DNA of 64,000 nucleotides from Armatimonadota bacterium (GCA_036504235.1 DASXVN010000030.1:12677-76676), one strand, 5' to 3'; counted from the stretch's first letter, positions 34,786-45,099 are shown. Numbers and translations: made by a program. Notes: generated by a model from the sequence alone, not told the origin.

Positions 34786-35013
34786 TCGCTGCCCTCTGAT
34801 TTTCCCTCGGCAGGAACTACCCTCACGGAAGCGGAACTCCTCCCGGCAGATGCACCCTTTGATTCCGGAGGCTCGGACATGACCCGCAAGGAGCTCAATC
34901 TGGCTGTTTTCGCGGGGACAGTTGAGGCAATCAGCGAACTGATCGACAAGGAGTACGGACTGGCCGAGTAGCCCCGCGAGGGGCGAGGTGGTCCGGGGAA
35001 AGGTAACGACAAG

Positions 35014-36978
35014 ATGAGTGTGTTGAAACGACGCGTGCTGACCGGGCTGGTGGTGCTGGGCATTATATCAGCGCTGGCGGTGGCGATCCCGAGGCTGGCG
35101 GCCGAGCGCGCCAACAATACCGTGGCCCTGGCCGCGGACGCTACGGAGTTGCAGAACCTCGCCGACCTGAGCGGGCTCACCCTGCCGGAGGTGCTGGCCC
35201 AGGCCAGACGGCAGGGCATCACCCACGTCGCGTTGGCCGAAATGACCCTGGATGAGGCGGTCAAGGCGCTGCCTTACCCCACGCCTCGCTTGCTGCCCGA
35301 TAATGTGGTCTGGCAGCTCAAGCAGAAGCTGCCCAAGTCGGAGGCGGCCAGCGATTTCTCCGGCGCCACGCTCACCGCCGTGGCGCAGCGCTTGCCCCGG
35401 CTGGGTGTCGGCTACAACTACCCGGTGGCCGAGGCCATCCGCGCGGCGGGCCTGCAGGTCATCGCTCGCCCCAGCCCCGACTTTTCCGACACCACGACGG
35501 CGATCGGCGCCTCCCTGGACGCCGTCCGGGCCACCGGCGCGCGGATCGTCGTCTTCAACGGGACCCAGGTGCTGGGCAACGGCGGCCTGCTCAAGCAGAC
35601 CGCCTCGGCGCTCGCGGCCCGCAAACTGGAGTGGGGCTTCGTGGAGTTGATCCCCCAGGAGGGCGCCTCCGAGCTGGCCCACGACGTTGATTATCACCTG
35701 GTGCGGGTCCATTCCATCAGCGAGGCCGAGATGGCGCAGAAGATGAAGCCCGCCTCGGCCATTGACCGCTACTCCCTGGCGGTGCGCGAGCGCAAGGCCC
35801 GCGTCTGCTACGTGCGCATGTTCTTCGACCAGGGCGAGAACCCGCTGACCGCCAACCTGCAGTACGTGGGAGACCTGTCCCAGACGCTCCGCGACGAGGG
35901 CTTCCAGTTGGGCGATCCGACGGACTTCTCCAACCCGGAAGTCGGCCGGCTGGCCCGCATCGGGCTGTACTTGGGCATCGGTGCCGCCACGCTGTGGATG
36001 GTGCAGATGTTCTTCGGCTTGAGCCTGACCTGGTTCTGGGGGCTGCTGGTGCTGCTCGTGGTGGGGTCCGTCGCCGAGGGCGTGGTCGGGATGCGCATCT
36101 CCGCGGACCTCGCCGCCCTGGCCGCAGCGGTTATCTTCCCCATCTGGGGCATTTTGGCCGTGGTCTGGCCGGAGCAGCCGCTCCGCTCGCCGGTGGCGCA
36201 GGCGGTGCGCACCTTCCTGGGGATCAGCGCCTTGACTCTGGTCGGGGCCCTGCTGGTCGCCGGCGCGATCACCACCGCCCCGCACCTGATGGGCATCGAG
36301 GCCTTCCGGGGCGTCAAGCTCGCCGCGGTGCTGCCGCTGCTCCTGGTCGGGCTGGTCATGGTGGCCCGGGCCATGCCCCGCTATCGGGAAACGCGCCTGG
36401 AGTTGGGCGAGGCCGCCCCGGAGATCTGGTCCCTCCGCGAGGGGCTGGCCGAGGCCTTCAGTTTCGCGGTGCGCTACTGGCACTGCGTACTGATTGTCGT
36501 GGGTCTGGCCGCGATGGTGATGCTGGTGATTCGCTCCGGCAACGACACCCCGGTGGGCGCTTCGGAACTGGAGCGGACCTTCCGCGCGATACTGGACCAT
36601 CTGCTCTGGGTCCGCCCGCGCACCAAGGAGTTCCTGTTCGGCCACCCGGTGCTGCTGCTCTCGCTGATCTGGCTCTACTCGGGTCGCCGCCGCGGCGTCT
36701 GGATTGGCCTGGCCGCCGGTGCGATCGGCCAGATCTCGCTGCTCAACACCTTCTGCCACCTGCACACGCCGCTGATGGTCTCGCTGGTGCGCTCCTTTAA
36801 CGGCCTCTGGCTGGGTCTGGGTATCGGCCTGCTCGTGTGGCTGATCATCACCCGCCTGACCCGCCCTGCTCACGCACCCCAACCCCAGGCCGAACCCGCG
36901 GCCCCGGTCGCCGACGAGGATGACGACGACTGGGACGACGAAGAGCCGCTCATACGGCCGAATTTCGAGGAGAAATGA
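35014..36978 (+). CDS. Polytopic membrane protein: N-terminal TM anchor, a ~280-aa extracytoplasmic domain, a multi-TM C-terminal half and an acidic tail; function unknown
   Basis: 'MSVLKRRVLTGLVVLGIISALAVAI' anchor. C-terminal 'ADEDDDDWDDEEP'. The stop overlaps the next start (ATGA). Confidence 0.7.
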   Translation: MSVLKRRVLTGLVVLGIISALAVAIPRLAAERANNTVALAADATELQNLADLSGLTLPEVLAQARRQGITHVALAEMTLDEAVKALPYPTPRLLPDNVVWQLKQKLPKSEAASDFSGATLTAVAQRLPRLGVGYNYPVAEAIRAAGLQVIARPSPDFSDTTTAIGASLDAVRATGARIVVFNGTQVLGNGGLLKQTASALAARKLEWGFVELIPQEGASELAHDVDYHLVRVHSISEAEMAQKMKPASAIDRYSLAVRERKARVCYVRMFFDQGENPLTANLQYVGDLSQTLRDEGFQLGDPTDFSNPEVGRLARIGLYLGIGAATLWMVQMFFGLSLTWFWGLLVLLVVGSVAEGVVGMRISADLAALAAAVIFPIWGILAVVWPEQPLRSPVAQAVRTFLGISALTLVGALLVAGAITTAPHLMGIEAFRGVKLAAVLPLLLVGLVMVARAMPRYRETRLELGEAAPEIWSLREGLAEAFSFAVRYWHCVLIVVGLAAMVMLVIRSGNDTPVGASELERTFRAILDHLLWVRPRTKEFLFGHPVLLLSLIWLYSGRRRGVWIGLAAGAIGQISLLNTFCHLHTPLMVSLVRSFNGLWLGLGIGLLVWLIITRLTRPAHAPQPQAEPAAPVADEDDDDWDDEEPLIRPNFEEK

Positions 36979-37997
36979 TCATGGAGAACCCGACCGTAGT
37001 ATTCCCCGGCCCCAAGCAAGTCATCATTGAGGACCGCCCCCGCCCGACCCTGGAGGCCGGCGAGGTGCTCCTGCAGACGCGGTGCTCGCTGATCAGCACC
37101 GGCACCGAGCTGACCATCTTCAGCGGCGAGTATCCCGCCGACTCGCTCTGGGCGACGCGCTGGGGCAAGTTCCCGGCGACCCCCGGGTACAGCAACATCG
37201 CGGACGTCGTGGAGATCGCGCCCGACGTGGACCCCAGTTGGCTGGGCCGGCGGGTCGCCTCCGGCGCCACCCATCGCCGCTACATGAACCTGCCCACCTC
37301 CCGGATCAACCTTATTCAGCACCCGGAGATTCCCGATGAGGACGCCTCTTTCTTCACCATCTCCGGCATCGTCATGAACGGCGTGCGCCGCGCGCAGGTG
37401 AAATGGGGCGACTCGGTGGTCATCTTCGGCATGGGCCTGCTGGGGCAGATGACAGCCCGCTATTGCCGCCTGTCCGGGGCCTGGCCCGTCATCTGCGTGG
37501 ACGTTTCCGACGCGCGCCTGGCGATGCTGCCCGACGATCCCGGGATCATCCGGGTCAACCCCCGCGAGCGGGCTGTCCTCGAAGTCGTCGAGGAGGCCAC
37601 CCGCGGCCGCAAGGCCGACTGCGCCTTCGAGTTGACCGGTAACCAGGACCTCATCCCGCAGGAGATCACCGTCGTCCGGCGCCAGGGGCGCTTCGCCATC
37701 CTGAGCAGCCCGCGCGGGAACACCGACTTCAACTTCTGCGACCTGTGCCACTACCCGAGCATCACCATCATCGGCATCCACACGCTGTCGCACCCGGCCG
37801 TGGAGACCCTGGACTACCAGTGGACCTTCGAGCGGCACACGGAGCTGTTCTTCGATTATCTGGCGGCGGGCCAGGTGCAGACCGCGCCGCTCATCACCCA
37901 CCGCGCCCCCTGGTCGCAGGCGCCGGAGATGTTCCAGATGCTGCTGGCGGACCGCTCCGCGGCGATGGGCGTGGTGTTGGACTGGACGGCGGAGTAA
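36975..37997 (+). CDS. Zinc-type medium-chain dehydrogenase/reductase
   Basis: 'GEVLLQTRCSLISTGTELTIFSG' and 'VVIFGMGLLGQM' (GxGxxG). Confidence 0.8.
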   Translation: MIMENPTVVFPGPKQVIIEDRPRPTLEAGEVLLQTRCSLISTGTELTIFSGEYPADSLWATRWGKFPATPGYSNIADVVEIAPDVDPSWLGRRVASGATHRRYMNLPTSRINLIQHPEIPDEDASFFTISGIVMNGVRRAQVKWGDSVVIFGMGLLGQMTARYCRLSGAWPVICVDVSDARLAMLPDDPGIIRVNPRERAVLEVVEEATRGRKADCAFELTGNQDLIPQEITVVRRQGRFAILSSPRGNTDFNFCDLCHYPSITIIGIHTLSHPAVETLDYQWTFERHTELFFDYLAAGQVQTAPLITHRAPWSQAPEMFQMLLADRSAAMGVVLDWTAE

Positions 37998-38018
37998 GAC
38001 CCGGAAGGGAAGCCTGCC

Positions 38019-39980
38019 ATGTTGAGACTCGCGCTCTCAGTACTGTGCGGCGCGCTGTGCTTGGCGACGGCCGCTGCGGCGGCGGTCACCATCACTCCGG
38101 ACGGCGCTGGCTTTGCCATTGCCACGGAGGTCTATGCCGCCAAAGTTGACGGCCAGGGCGCGTTGTCTTCTCTGGCCATCAACGGCCAGGAGTTCCTCGC
38201 CCCGCCCACTCAGCTCATTTGGGCGGACCAGGGCGGGATGACCACCGGCGTGTACGCCTCGCCGATGAACCAGTTCTACGTCATCCTGCCCCTGCCGGGA
38301 ACGCCGACGGTTGCCGAGAACACCGTCACCGCCGAGGGTCACGGCTGGAAGATCGCCTATGCCTTTGGCCCCGACACCATTGACCTAACCTACTCAGGCA
38401 CGCCGGAAGGCACCAAGCTCGGCTTCCGCGCCGGCTACCCGCCCGCCGAATTGTACCTGAGCCTAGCCCACGACCTGGACCGGGCCTGCGACCCGGACAA
38501 CCAGGGCGAGCTGGGCTGGCCGGTCGTCCGCCCGCACGAGCCCGGTGTTTTCACCATCCTCGCTAAGAACGGCGCCGGCTTTACCGCCACCGACGTCTGC
38601 CGGATGCAGGCCGTCACCAGCGATCCGAATTTGCCGGCCGCGCCTCACCGCCTGGACCTCATGGTCTTCAACACCTACGACCAGATCCCGCAGCCGATCA
38701 CGCACCGGCTGACCTGCTTTACGAAGGCCGACCTGGCCCATTCGTTGACTATGGAGATCACCTCGCCCAATCCGGGCCACCTCTTCCCAGCCCCGGAGCC
38801 GGTGACGTTCCCGGTCAAGGTCAACGCCCTCTACGGGCACACCCTGAGCGGCACGCTCAACTTCAACGGGTCGCCTTATGTCTGGCAGAAGCCGCCGCTG
38901 ACCGCCGAGGTTCCGCTCACCCTCACCGCCGAGCAGCCCTCGCAGACCGTGCAATTGCCGATTGTGCCCCAGAAGCCCGGTCACTACACGGGCAAGATCG
39001 AGGTTAGCGAGGGGGGCAAGGCTCTGTACAGCCAGCGGCTCGGCTTCATCTACCGCCCCGAGCAGATTCCCCCGGCCACGCCGCCGGCTGACTTCGACAA
39101 GTTCTGGGATGACACCCTGGCCGAACTGGCCAAGGTGCCCCTGGACCTGACCCTGGAGGAGCAGGTCGACAAGGCGACTCCGACCGGCAAGGTCTACAAG
39201 GCCAAGTACCGCTCCTGGCAAGGCAAGTGGGCCTGGGCCTGGCTGTACGTGCCGACGGATGGCAGCAAGCAAGTGGACGGGTTCCTGCGCCTGCCGCCCG
39301 TGAGCGTCTGGCAGCCGCCGCCGCCGAACCTGGTCCCGCCGGACGGTAGCCTGACCATGGCGGTCGCCATCCACGGGGGCGATGTTGGCGACTACCCGGC
39401 CAAGCCGGAGGGCGGCTTTGACTACATGATGACCGGCATCACCTCGCGCGAGACCTACGCCTTGCGCTACGCCTATTGCTGCGTGGCGCGCTGCTACGAT
39501 ATCCTCAAGGCCCGCCCGGAGTGCAACGGGACCATCCACGCGCGCGGCGGCAGCCAGGGCGCGGGGCTGACCTTCGTCGCGGCCGGCTTGCGCCCGGTGA
39601 CCGACGCCGCCGGCGCGGCCATCGCCCTGTGCCGGATAGACTGGACCGTCCTGGGCTATGCCTCCTGGGGCCCGCACGCGCCCGAGGGCACCGACCCGCA
39701 GGAGATCGCCAAGGTCGTGGCCTACTTCGACCCGGCCAACTTCGCGCACCGCATCCATGCGCCCATGCGTCTGGCGCTCGGCCTCTTCGACTTCTGCGCC
39801 CCGGCGGAGGGCATCTTCACCGCCATCAACGCCCTGCCCCCAGACACCAAGTGTGAAGTCTTCGTCGATCCCTTCGGCGGCCATTTCACCCTCAATGCCA
39901 CGGGCTTCAACGCCGGCGAGCCCGGCGTCCAGGTCCCCAGGTGGCAGGGCACGGCGGAAGAGAACAAGCTGAATAAGTGA
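38019..39980 (+). CDS. Secreted two-domain protein with a C-terminal acetyl xylan esterase (AXE1/CE7-like) alpha/beta-hydrolase domain
   Basis: Signal peptide. 'PADFDKFWDDTLAELAKVPLD...' is an AXE1 N-terminal signature, and the nucleophile elbow is 'GGSQGAG'. Confidence 0.75.
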   Translation: MLRLALSVLCGALCLATAAAAAVTITPDGAGFAIATEVYAAKVDGQGALSSLAINGQEFLAPPTQLIWADQGGMTTGVYASPMNQFYVILPLPGTPTVAENTVTAEGHGWKIAYAFGPDTIDLTYSGTPEGTKLGFRAGYPPAELYLSLAHDLDRACDPDNQGELGWPVVRPHEPGVFTILAKNGAGFTATDVCRMQAVTSDPNLPAAPHRLDLMVFNTYDQIPQPITHRLTCFTKADLAHSLTMEITSPNPGHLFPAPEPVTFPVKVNALYGHTLSGTLNFNGSPYVWQKPPLTAEVPLTLTAEQPSQTVQLPIVPQKPGHYTGKIEVSEGGKALYSQRLGFIYRPEQIPPATPPADFDKFWDDTLAELAKVPLDLTLEEQVDKATPTGKVYKAKYRSWQGKWAWAWLYVPTDGSKQVDGFLRLPPVSVWQPPPPNLVPPDGSLTMAVAIHGGDVGDYPAKPEGGFDYMMTGITSRETYALRYAYCCVARCYDILKARPECNGTIHARGGSQGAGLTFVAAGLRPVTDAAGAAIALCRIDWTVLGYASWGPHAPEGTDPQEIAKVVAYFDPANFAHRIHAPMRLALGLFDFCAPAEGIFTAINALPPDTKCEVFVDPFGGHFTLNATGFNAGEPGVQVPRWQGTAEENKLNK

Positions 39981-40038
39981 GCCGAGTAGGGTACCGGCGC
40001 GCGTGGTATAATGACCCTAGTTGGGCGGAGCGACCACC

Positions 40039-40329
40039 ATGAGCATTTACGACACGATCGAGGAAAAGCGTCAGGAGATACTGGCCCTGGCCGCCGCGCA
40101 CGGAGCCCGGGCCGTTCGGGTGTTCGGGTCGGTGGCGCGCGGCGAGGCGGACGAGGCGAGCGACATTGACTTCCTCGTCGAGATGGAGCCCGGCCGCAGC
40201 CTGCTCGACCTCACCGGGCTGCTCCTCGACTTGGAGGCTCTTCTGGGCCGTTCGGTGGACGTGATCACGGAGCCGGGCCTCAAGCCCCGCATCCGCGCGC
40301 GGGTGCTGCAGGAGGCCAAGGCACTGTGA
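40039..40329 (+). CDS. mntA: MntA-type nucleotidyltransferase antitoxin (second locus)
   Basis: '[23 protein letters not shown]'. Confidence 0.85.
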   Translation: MSIYDTIEEKRQEILALAAAHGARAVRVFGSVARGEADEASDIDFLVEMEPGRSLLDLTGLLLDLEALLGRSVDVITEPGLKPRIRARVLQEAKAL

Positions 40330-40671
40330 GGGATGATCGCGAGCGGCTGCTGGATATCCGCGAGGCCCTAGAGCGCATCCAGCGCCTACGCGGCGCAGGG
40401 ACGAGAACGTTTCGCGGCTGATGAGCTGGTGGAGGTTTGGATCGTTCACCATCTGCAGGTCATCGGCGAAGCGGCGGGCGCCCTTTCGGCCGAGCTCCGC
40501 GAGCAGTACCCGCAAGTGCCCTGGCAGAAGATCATCCGCATGCGGCACGTCCTGGTGCATCATTACTTTGGCGTCGATGTTGATCTGGTGTGGCTGGTCG
40601 TCGAGCACGACCTGCCGGACCTGGCAGCAATCGTAGACGCGATGCTGCAGGCCCTTCCCGACGAACCCTAG
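40326..40671 (+). pseudogene. hepT: HepT-like (DUF86) toxin gene interrupted by a +1 frameshift near 40384..40386
   Basis: Frame A starts at GTG 40326 (GTGA overlap with the mntA stop), reads '[20 protein letters not shown]' and then hits TGA at 40419. Frame B continues the family sequence 'YAAQGRERFAADELVEVWIVHHLQVIGEAA...RMRHVLVHHY' to 40671. One extra C in 'cagcgcctac' reconciles the two frames. Confidence 0.75.
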
Positions 40672-40698
40672 GCTGATGAAACGAGGCTCACTCCCCCG

Positions 40699-41166
40699 AT
40701 GCAAATGCGCACCCTAACCATCGCTGACGCCGCTGCGCTGCTTGATTTCTACCAGTCCCTCGGGGAGCAGACCGTGTACTTCTTTGCCCCCTGGCCCTTC
40801 ACGGAGGAGGCGATCCGCGACCATCTCACCCTGACTGACCAGGGCGACGCGGTCTCCCTGGGCCTGGTCAACGAGACCGGGGAGATCGAGGGGCACGGCT
40901 TCCTCAAGTGGGTGCGCAGCGAGACGCCCTCCTTCGGTATCGGCTTGCGCGAGCGGGTGCAGGGGCAGGGCGAGGGGCGGCGGCTGATGGACGCGGTGAT
41001 GGCCCGGGCCGACGAGTTGGCGCTCGCGCAGGTCGGGCTGGGCGTCCGCCAGGACAACCTCCGGGCGATTGCGCTCTACCAGACGCTGGGCTTCGTCATC
41101 ACCGGGGAGCACCCCAACGACGAAGGCAGCGCCTCCTGGACCATGTGCCGCCCGCGGCCGGTCTAG
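40699..41166 (+). CDS. GNAT family N-acetyltransferase
   Basis: '...RVQGQGEGRRLMDAVMARA...' acetyl-CoA-binding (Q/RxxGxG/A) segment. 155 aa. Confidence 0.75.
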   Translation: MQMRTLTIADAAALLDFYQSLGEQTVYFFAPWPFTEEAIRDHLTLTDQGDAVSLGLVNETGEIEGHGFLKWVRSETPSFGIGLRERVQGQGEGRRLMDAVMARADELALAQVGLGVRQDNLRAIALYQTLGFVITGEHPNDEGSASWTMCRPRPV

Positions 41167-41170
41167 TTGT

Positions 41171-42334
41171 CTAGTCCGGCACCGCCCACGGGCCGAAAAC
41201 CGGCGCGCCCATGTCGGCCTCGTCGGCGAGGTTGCAGAAGTCGGTCATCCGGCGACCGTACCACAGGACGCTGCCGGAGGGTATGGCACAGTAGCCGCGG
41301 ACCAGCATCGTGCGTCCGTCCGCCGGGTCGGGAGAGGCTGCGCAGACCAGGTTGCGCTCGCTGCCGGGGGCCAGAACCGCGAAGCCGGCGACGCGGTCGG
41401 TCGGCTGGAGCGAGCCGGTGACGCCCAGGTAGGCTACGCGGAGTTGGCTGGAGTCCTGCGGGTCGCGGGTGACGCTGACGGGGCGCGGACCGCTCTCAAT
41501 CGTCGCGTCGCCGTACGCCCCGCGCGCGGCCAGGCGCGCCAGGCGGCGGCCGAGTCGCCGCTGGCCTAGCGTGGAGAGGTGAATCCCATCCCCCAGCGGC
41601 AGGTCCACCGCGGTAGTCAGGCCGCCCGGGGCCAGTTCCGGCTCCAGTTGCAGTTGCAGCGTCTGGACCGTCGTCCACTCGGGCAGTTCCTCCGCCGTCT
41701 GCATGAAACAGTTGCCGATCTGCACCGAGAACCAGGGCAGCTCGGGCTGGCCCAGGTCGCGGCGGAGCGCGGCGACGAGCCGGCGCATCCGGTCGGCAAA
41801 GCTGCGGCTCTGGCCGTCGAAGCTGTCCGACTCCCCCTGATACCACAGCACCCCGGTGAGCGGTCGCCCCACCTGGCGCAGCCGCGCGAGGGCCCCCGCG
41901 TACAGCGCCATGTACGGGCTGCCTGCCCAATCCGGGTCCCACTCGCTCAGCCGCGTGTCGCCCTTGGCGCAGAAGATCAGCCCCACGGGGCGGCCGGTAG
42001 TCGCGGCGAGGGCCTTGCCGAAGGTCAGCCCCAGCCCCGCCCCGCCATAGCCCTGGCGGAGGCGGCGCGCGAAGCCAGGCGCAAGTCGGCGGCAGTGGTC
42101 GGGATTGGCTTCCGCCCGGGCCAGTTCCGAGCGCATGACCGCAAAGCCGGGCTCGGTGGACTCGTAGCGGTCGCCCCAGAAGGGCTCCTCGGCGATTTGC
42201 CACTGGCCCCGCAGATTGTAGAGCCAGACCTGGTTCGAGGGGGGCTCGTAGGGCAGACCAAACCCCGACCCGGCCATATTCGACTGCCCGGCGAGCAGCC
42301 ACAAGTCCATGTCTTCCGGCGGATGATTCGGCAT
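41171..42334 (-). CDS. SASA-type carbohydrate esterase (sialate O-acetylesterase family, SGNH-like)
   Basis: 'DLWLLAGQSNMAGSG' motif and 'VLWYQGESD'. Confidence 0.75.
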   Translation of the reverse strand: MPNHPPEDMDLWLLAGQSNMAGSGFGLPYEPPSNQVWLYNLRGQWQIAEEPFWGDRYESTEPGFAVMRSELARAEANPDHCRRLAPGFARRLRQGYGGAGLGLTFGKALAATTGRPVGLIFCAKGDTRLSEWDPDWAGSPYMALYAGALARLRQVGRPLTGVLWYQGESDSFDGQSRSFADRMRRLVAALRRDLGQPELPWFSVQIGNCFMQTAEELPEWTTVQTLQLQLEPELAPGGLTTAVDLPLGDGIHLSTLGQRRLGRRLARLAARGAYGDATIESGPRPVSVTRDPQDSSQLRVAYLGVTGSLQPTDRVAGFAVLAPGSERNLVCAASPDPADGRTMLVRGYCAIPSGSVLWYGRRMTDFCNLADEADMGAPVFGPWAVPD

Positions 42335-42405
42335 AGCGGCGGTGCGCCTCCCGCGCTGAGGATCGTTTCGCCGGTGGTTCCGCGACGGCGGCCGCGAATC
42401 CTGCC

Positions 42406-45099
42406 TCAGGCGGGTGGCACGTACTCGCCCACCAGCAGCGAACAGATCGTGGGCAGCAGGGCCCGACCGTCACTCAGCGCCCCGCCTAGCATTACCTGCA
42501 CGCTGCCGCTCAGGTCGCCAGGCCGCCGCAGGGGCACCACCTCGCCGGGCGGCGTAACGCCCGACACTAGCGGCCACGGCTGGGGGCCGCCGGGGAGGGT
42601 GAAGCGGAACACCAGCGGCTCCGACACCCCGCCCGCCGCCACGCTGAAGGGCAGGGAGGCAGGCTCCGGCGTCCAGGCTTCCGACAAGGTCAGGGTGAGC
42701 GTGCCGCTGACCGGCTGCGGCGTGTAGTTGTGCACCAGGCAACTGATCTCGTGCGTCTGCCCGGGGATCAGGGTGAGCGCCTTGACCAGTTGCGTCGCGG
42801 TCACGAAATCGGGCGCGACGGTCACGCCGGTGAGCACCGGCGGCTCGAGCTGCGCGTAGAGGGAGGCGGCCAGGTACATGCCGCGCGCCGCTCGGTACGA
42901 GCCCGGTCCCTGAGCGGCCCCCACCCGGCTCAGGGTGTCGCGCGAGCGCCGTAGCGACTGTTCGGTGAGCGGGCGGGTCAAGCCGCGTTCGGGATCGGCG
43001 GCGGCCAGGCTGAGCCGATCCTGGGCCTGCTGCAACTGGTTCAGCGTGCCGGGCGGGGTCCGGAACTGAGGCCAGCGCCAACTGTACTCATCCACCACGC
43101 GCCCCAGCCACTCCGACATGGTCTCCAGGCGCCAGACCGTGGCCTGGGCGCGCGTATTCACGCTGCCCAACGTCTGGCACTTGGTCAACTCGCGCGAGAT
43201 CTGGGCGTTGATTTCCCCCTGGGCCAGGCCCAGCAGCGGCCCGCCGCGTACCGGCTGGGCGGTCACGGCCCGGGTGGCCGTGGCCAGCGCCGCGCGGAAG
43301 GTCGGCCCCCAGTCGCCTCCCGCCCAAGCGGCGTCCCGTTCGAGGGTGCCGAGGTAACCAAAGGGGCGGGTGCTGGCAAAGCCCTGCGGGGTCCCCAGGT
43401 ACAGCTCCGCCTGGCGGGTGATCGCCTCGGCCAGGTATGAGCGGTCCAGGCCCCGCAGCACGCGCGGCGCCGGGCCCACGGTAAAGGAGGTCCGGCCGCC
43501 GGCTACAGTCAGGGGGGTGGCCTTACCCATCTCGTCCAGGACGGTGGCTCCGGCCCCTGCGCGCAGCGTCACGACCGTGGGGGTATCCGCCCAGCAGACC
43601 ACCACCGGGTAGCTGTGAGCGAGGAAGAGCTGCGCCTGCACTCCGTCGGCCAGTTGCACCGGGCCGGTGTAGGCCGCGTCGGAGAGCAGCCAGCGGGCCA
43701 CCGCCAGGGCCACATACTTGGCGTTGGGGGCGAGATTGTCCTTATCCGGCTGCCAGAGCAGCGCCGCCTTCTGCGTCTGGTATTCACCGGCGACCCGTAC
43801 GAAGTCAGTGGGGGCGACGCCGGCCGCCACGTCCGGGTCTCCGATCACCCGCCCGCCATCGTAGGCGCAGAAGGTGTCCACGGGCCACTTGCGCAGCACC
43901 GTGTAGAGGCGCAGCATGTACTGGGCCTCGGTGAGATTCGCCGGACAAAACGGGTATGACTCGGTCATGGTGGTGGGCCGGTAGAGCCCGTAGCCATTGC
44001 CGATCTGGGGCGCGCCCGTGTAGTAGTTCTCCAGGACTTGGTCAAAGTCGGTGCCGCCTGGGTGGATGCTGAGCCGGTCGAAGAAGAACTGCCCCGCCGT
44101 CTTGTAGGTCATCCCCAGCTCGGTCCAGTGGCCGCAAGAGCCGCCGTACAGGACGGTCGCCGCCGGGTCGCCCCGCTTGATCTCCCCGTGAGCGATCCGC
44201 AGTAGGTCCAGGTAGCGCCCCCAGTAGCCATAGTAGAAGTTCTGGTCCACCTCGTTCCAGATCTCCCAGGAGTGAACCAGCGGCAGCGAGTCGGTCTGCG
44301 AGGCCTGCTGCGGGGCCAGGGCGGCCCGCGGGGGCCAGGCCACGCGCATCGGGCCCAGGTACTCGACCAAGGCCGAGACGTACTTGCGCCATTCTCCGGT
44401 GCTCGCCGGCGGCCAGGTATGGGTGGCGACCGCGGCGCGGCCGGTAGCGTTGACCGGTCTCAGGCCCGCCCAGCGGGGCGAGTAGCCCAGGATCGGGATA
44501 AGCTGCATCCCGTACTCCTGAGCCAGGGTCGCGAACACCCGGGCCTTGGTCAGGTCCATGGGCCCCGGCGTGGTTTGGAGGCTGACCCAGTCCATGTCGC
44601 GACGAATCAGCCGGCAGCCGACTTGGGCCAGCGCACACCAGTCCTGCCGCCGGTCGGAGGAGAAGTGCCACGAGAAGGGGCCGTAGTCTCCCGGCTGCGC
44701 ATCAGGCCGCGGCAGCACGCAGTACGCGTCTCGCTGGGTTGCCCCGTTGCTGAACTCCAGGCTCAGGTAGAACACGCCGTAGTCCCGGGCGATCCCCAGC
44801 GCCAGGGCCCGGGGGATGTCTTTTCCCACCCGCAGATAGCCGGGGAGGCTCTGGTGGCCGTAATAGTCAGTCACCTGGTAGGTGCAGCCCAGGAGCGGCC
44901 CCGCTACCTGCAGCGAGAGGACAATCCGCTCGCCGGGGTAGAAGGCGCGGGCCGGTCGCGCGGCCGAGATCGAGCACAGCGGGGCGGCCTCGCCCGGCGC
45001 GTCGACCAATCCGAGCAGCAGGAGCAGGCCCCCGACGGCGACGCTCAGCCGGAGCCGGCGAGAGGGAAGCGCACGTGAGCGAGGGCGGGAGAAGATCAT
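42406..45099 (-). CDS. Secreted clan GH-A (TIM-barrel) glycoside hydrolase-like protein, 897 aa
   Basis: Signal peptide. 'HSWEIWNEVD' is the NE(P) acid/base motif typical of GH5/GH39-type enzymes. AGGAGG RBS. Confidence 0.65.
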   Translation of the reverse strand: MIFSRPRSRALPSRRLRLSVAVGGLLLLLGLVDAPGEAAPLCSISAARPARAFYPGERIVLSLQVAGPLLGCTYQVTDYYGHQSLPGYLRVGKDIPRALALGIARDYGVFYLSLEFSNGATQRDAYCVLPRPDAQPGDYGPFSWHFSSDRRQDWCALAQVGCRLIRRDMDWVSLQTTPGPMDLTKARVFATLAQEYGMQLIPILGYSPRWAGLRPVNATGRAAVATHTWPPASTGEWRKYVSALVEYLGPMRVAWPPRAALAPQQASQTDSLPLVHSWEIWNEVDQNFYYGYWGRYLDLLRIAHGEIKRGDPAATVLYGGSCGHWTELGMTYKTAGQFFFDRLSIHPGGTDFDQVLENYYTGAPQIGNGYGLYRPTTMTESYPFCPANLTEAQYMLRLYTVLRKWPVDTFCAYDGGRVIGDPDVAAGVAPTDFVRVAGEYQTQKAALLWQPDKDNLAPNAKYVALAVARWLLSDAAYTGPVQLADGVQAQLFLAHSYPVVVCWADTPTVVTLRAGAGATVLDEMGKATPLTVAGGRTSFTVGPAPRVLRGLDRSYLAEAITRQAELYLGTPQGFASTRPFGYLGTLERDAAWAGGDWGPTFRAALATATRAVTAQPVRGGPLLGLAQGEINAQISRELTKCQTLGSVNTRAQATVWRLETMSEWLGRVVDEYSWRWPQFRTPPGTLNQLQQAQDRLSLAAADPERGLTRPLTEQSLRRSRDTLSRVGAAQGPGSYRAARGMYLAASLYAQLEPPVLTGVTVAPDFVTATQLVKALTLIPGQTHEISCLVHNYTPQPVSGTLTLTLSEAWTPEPASLPFSVAAGGVSEPLVFRFTLPGGPQPWPLVSGVTPPGEVVPLRRPGDLSGSVQVMLGGALSDGRALLPTICSLLVGEYVPPA

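Noticed and set aside
35068-36882. 604-aa antisense ORF opposite the polytopic membrane protein
   Set aside because: The sense frame encodes coherent TM helices and is translationally coupled to the next gene. The antisense product is Gly/Arg/Gln/His-rich with no features.
40699-41166. The GNAT acetyltransferase as a TacT-like toxin belonging to the adjacent TA locus
   Set aside because: There is no cognate small antitoxin gene immediately upstream in the TacA position. The sequence looks like a generic GNAT. Adjacency alone is insufficient.
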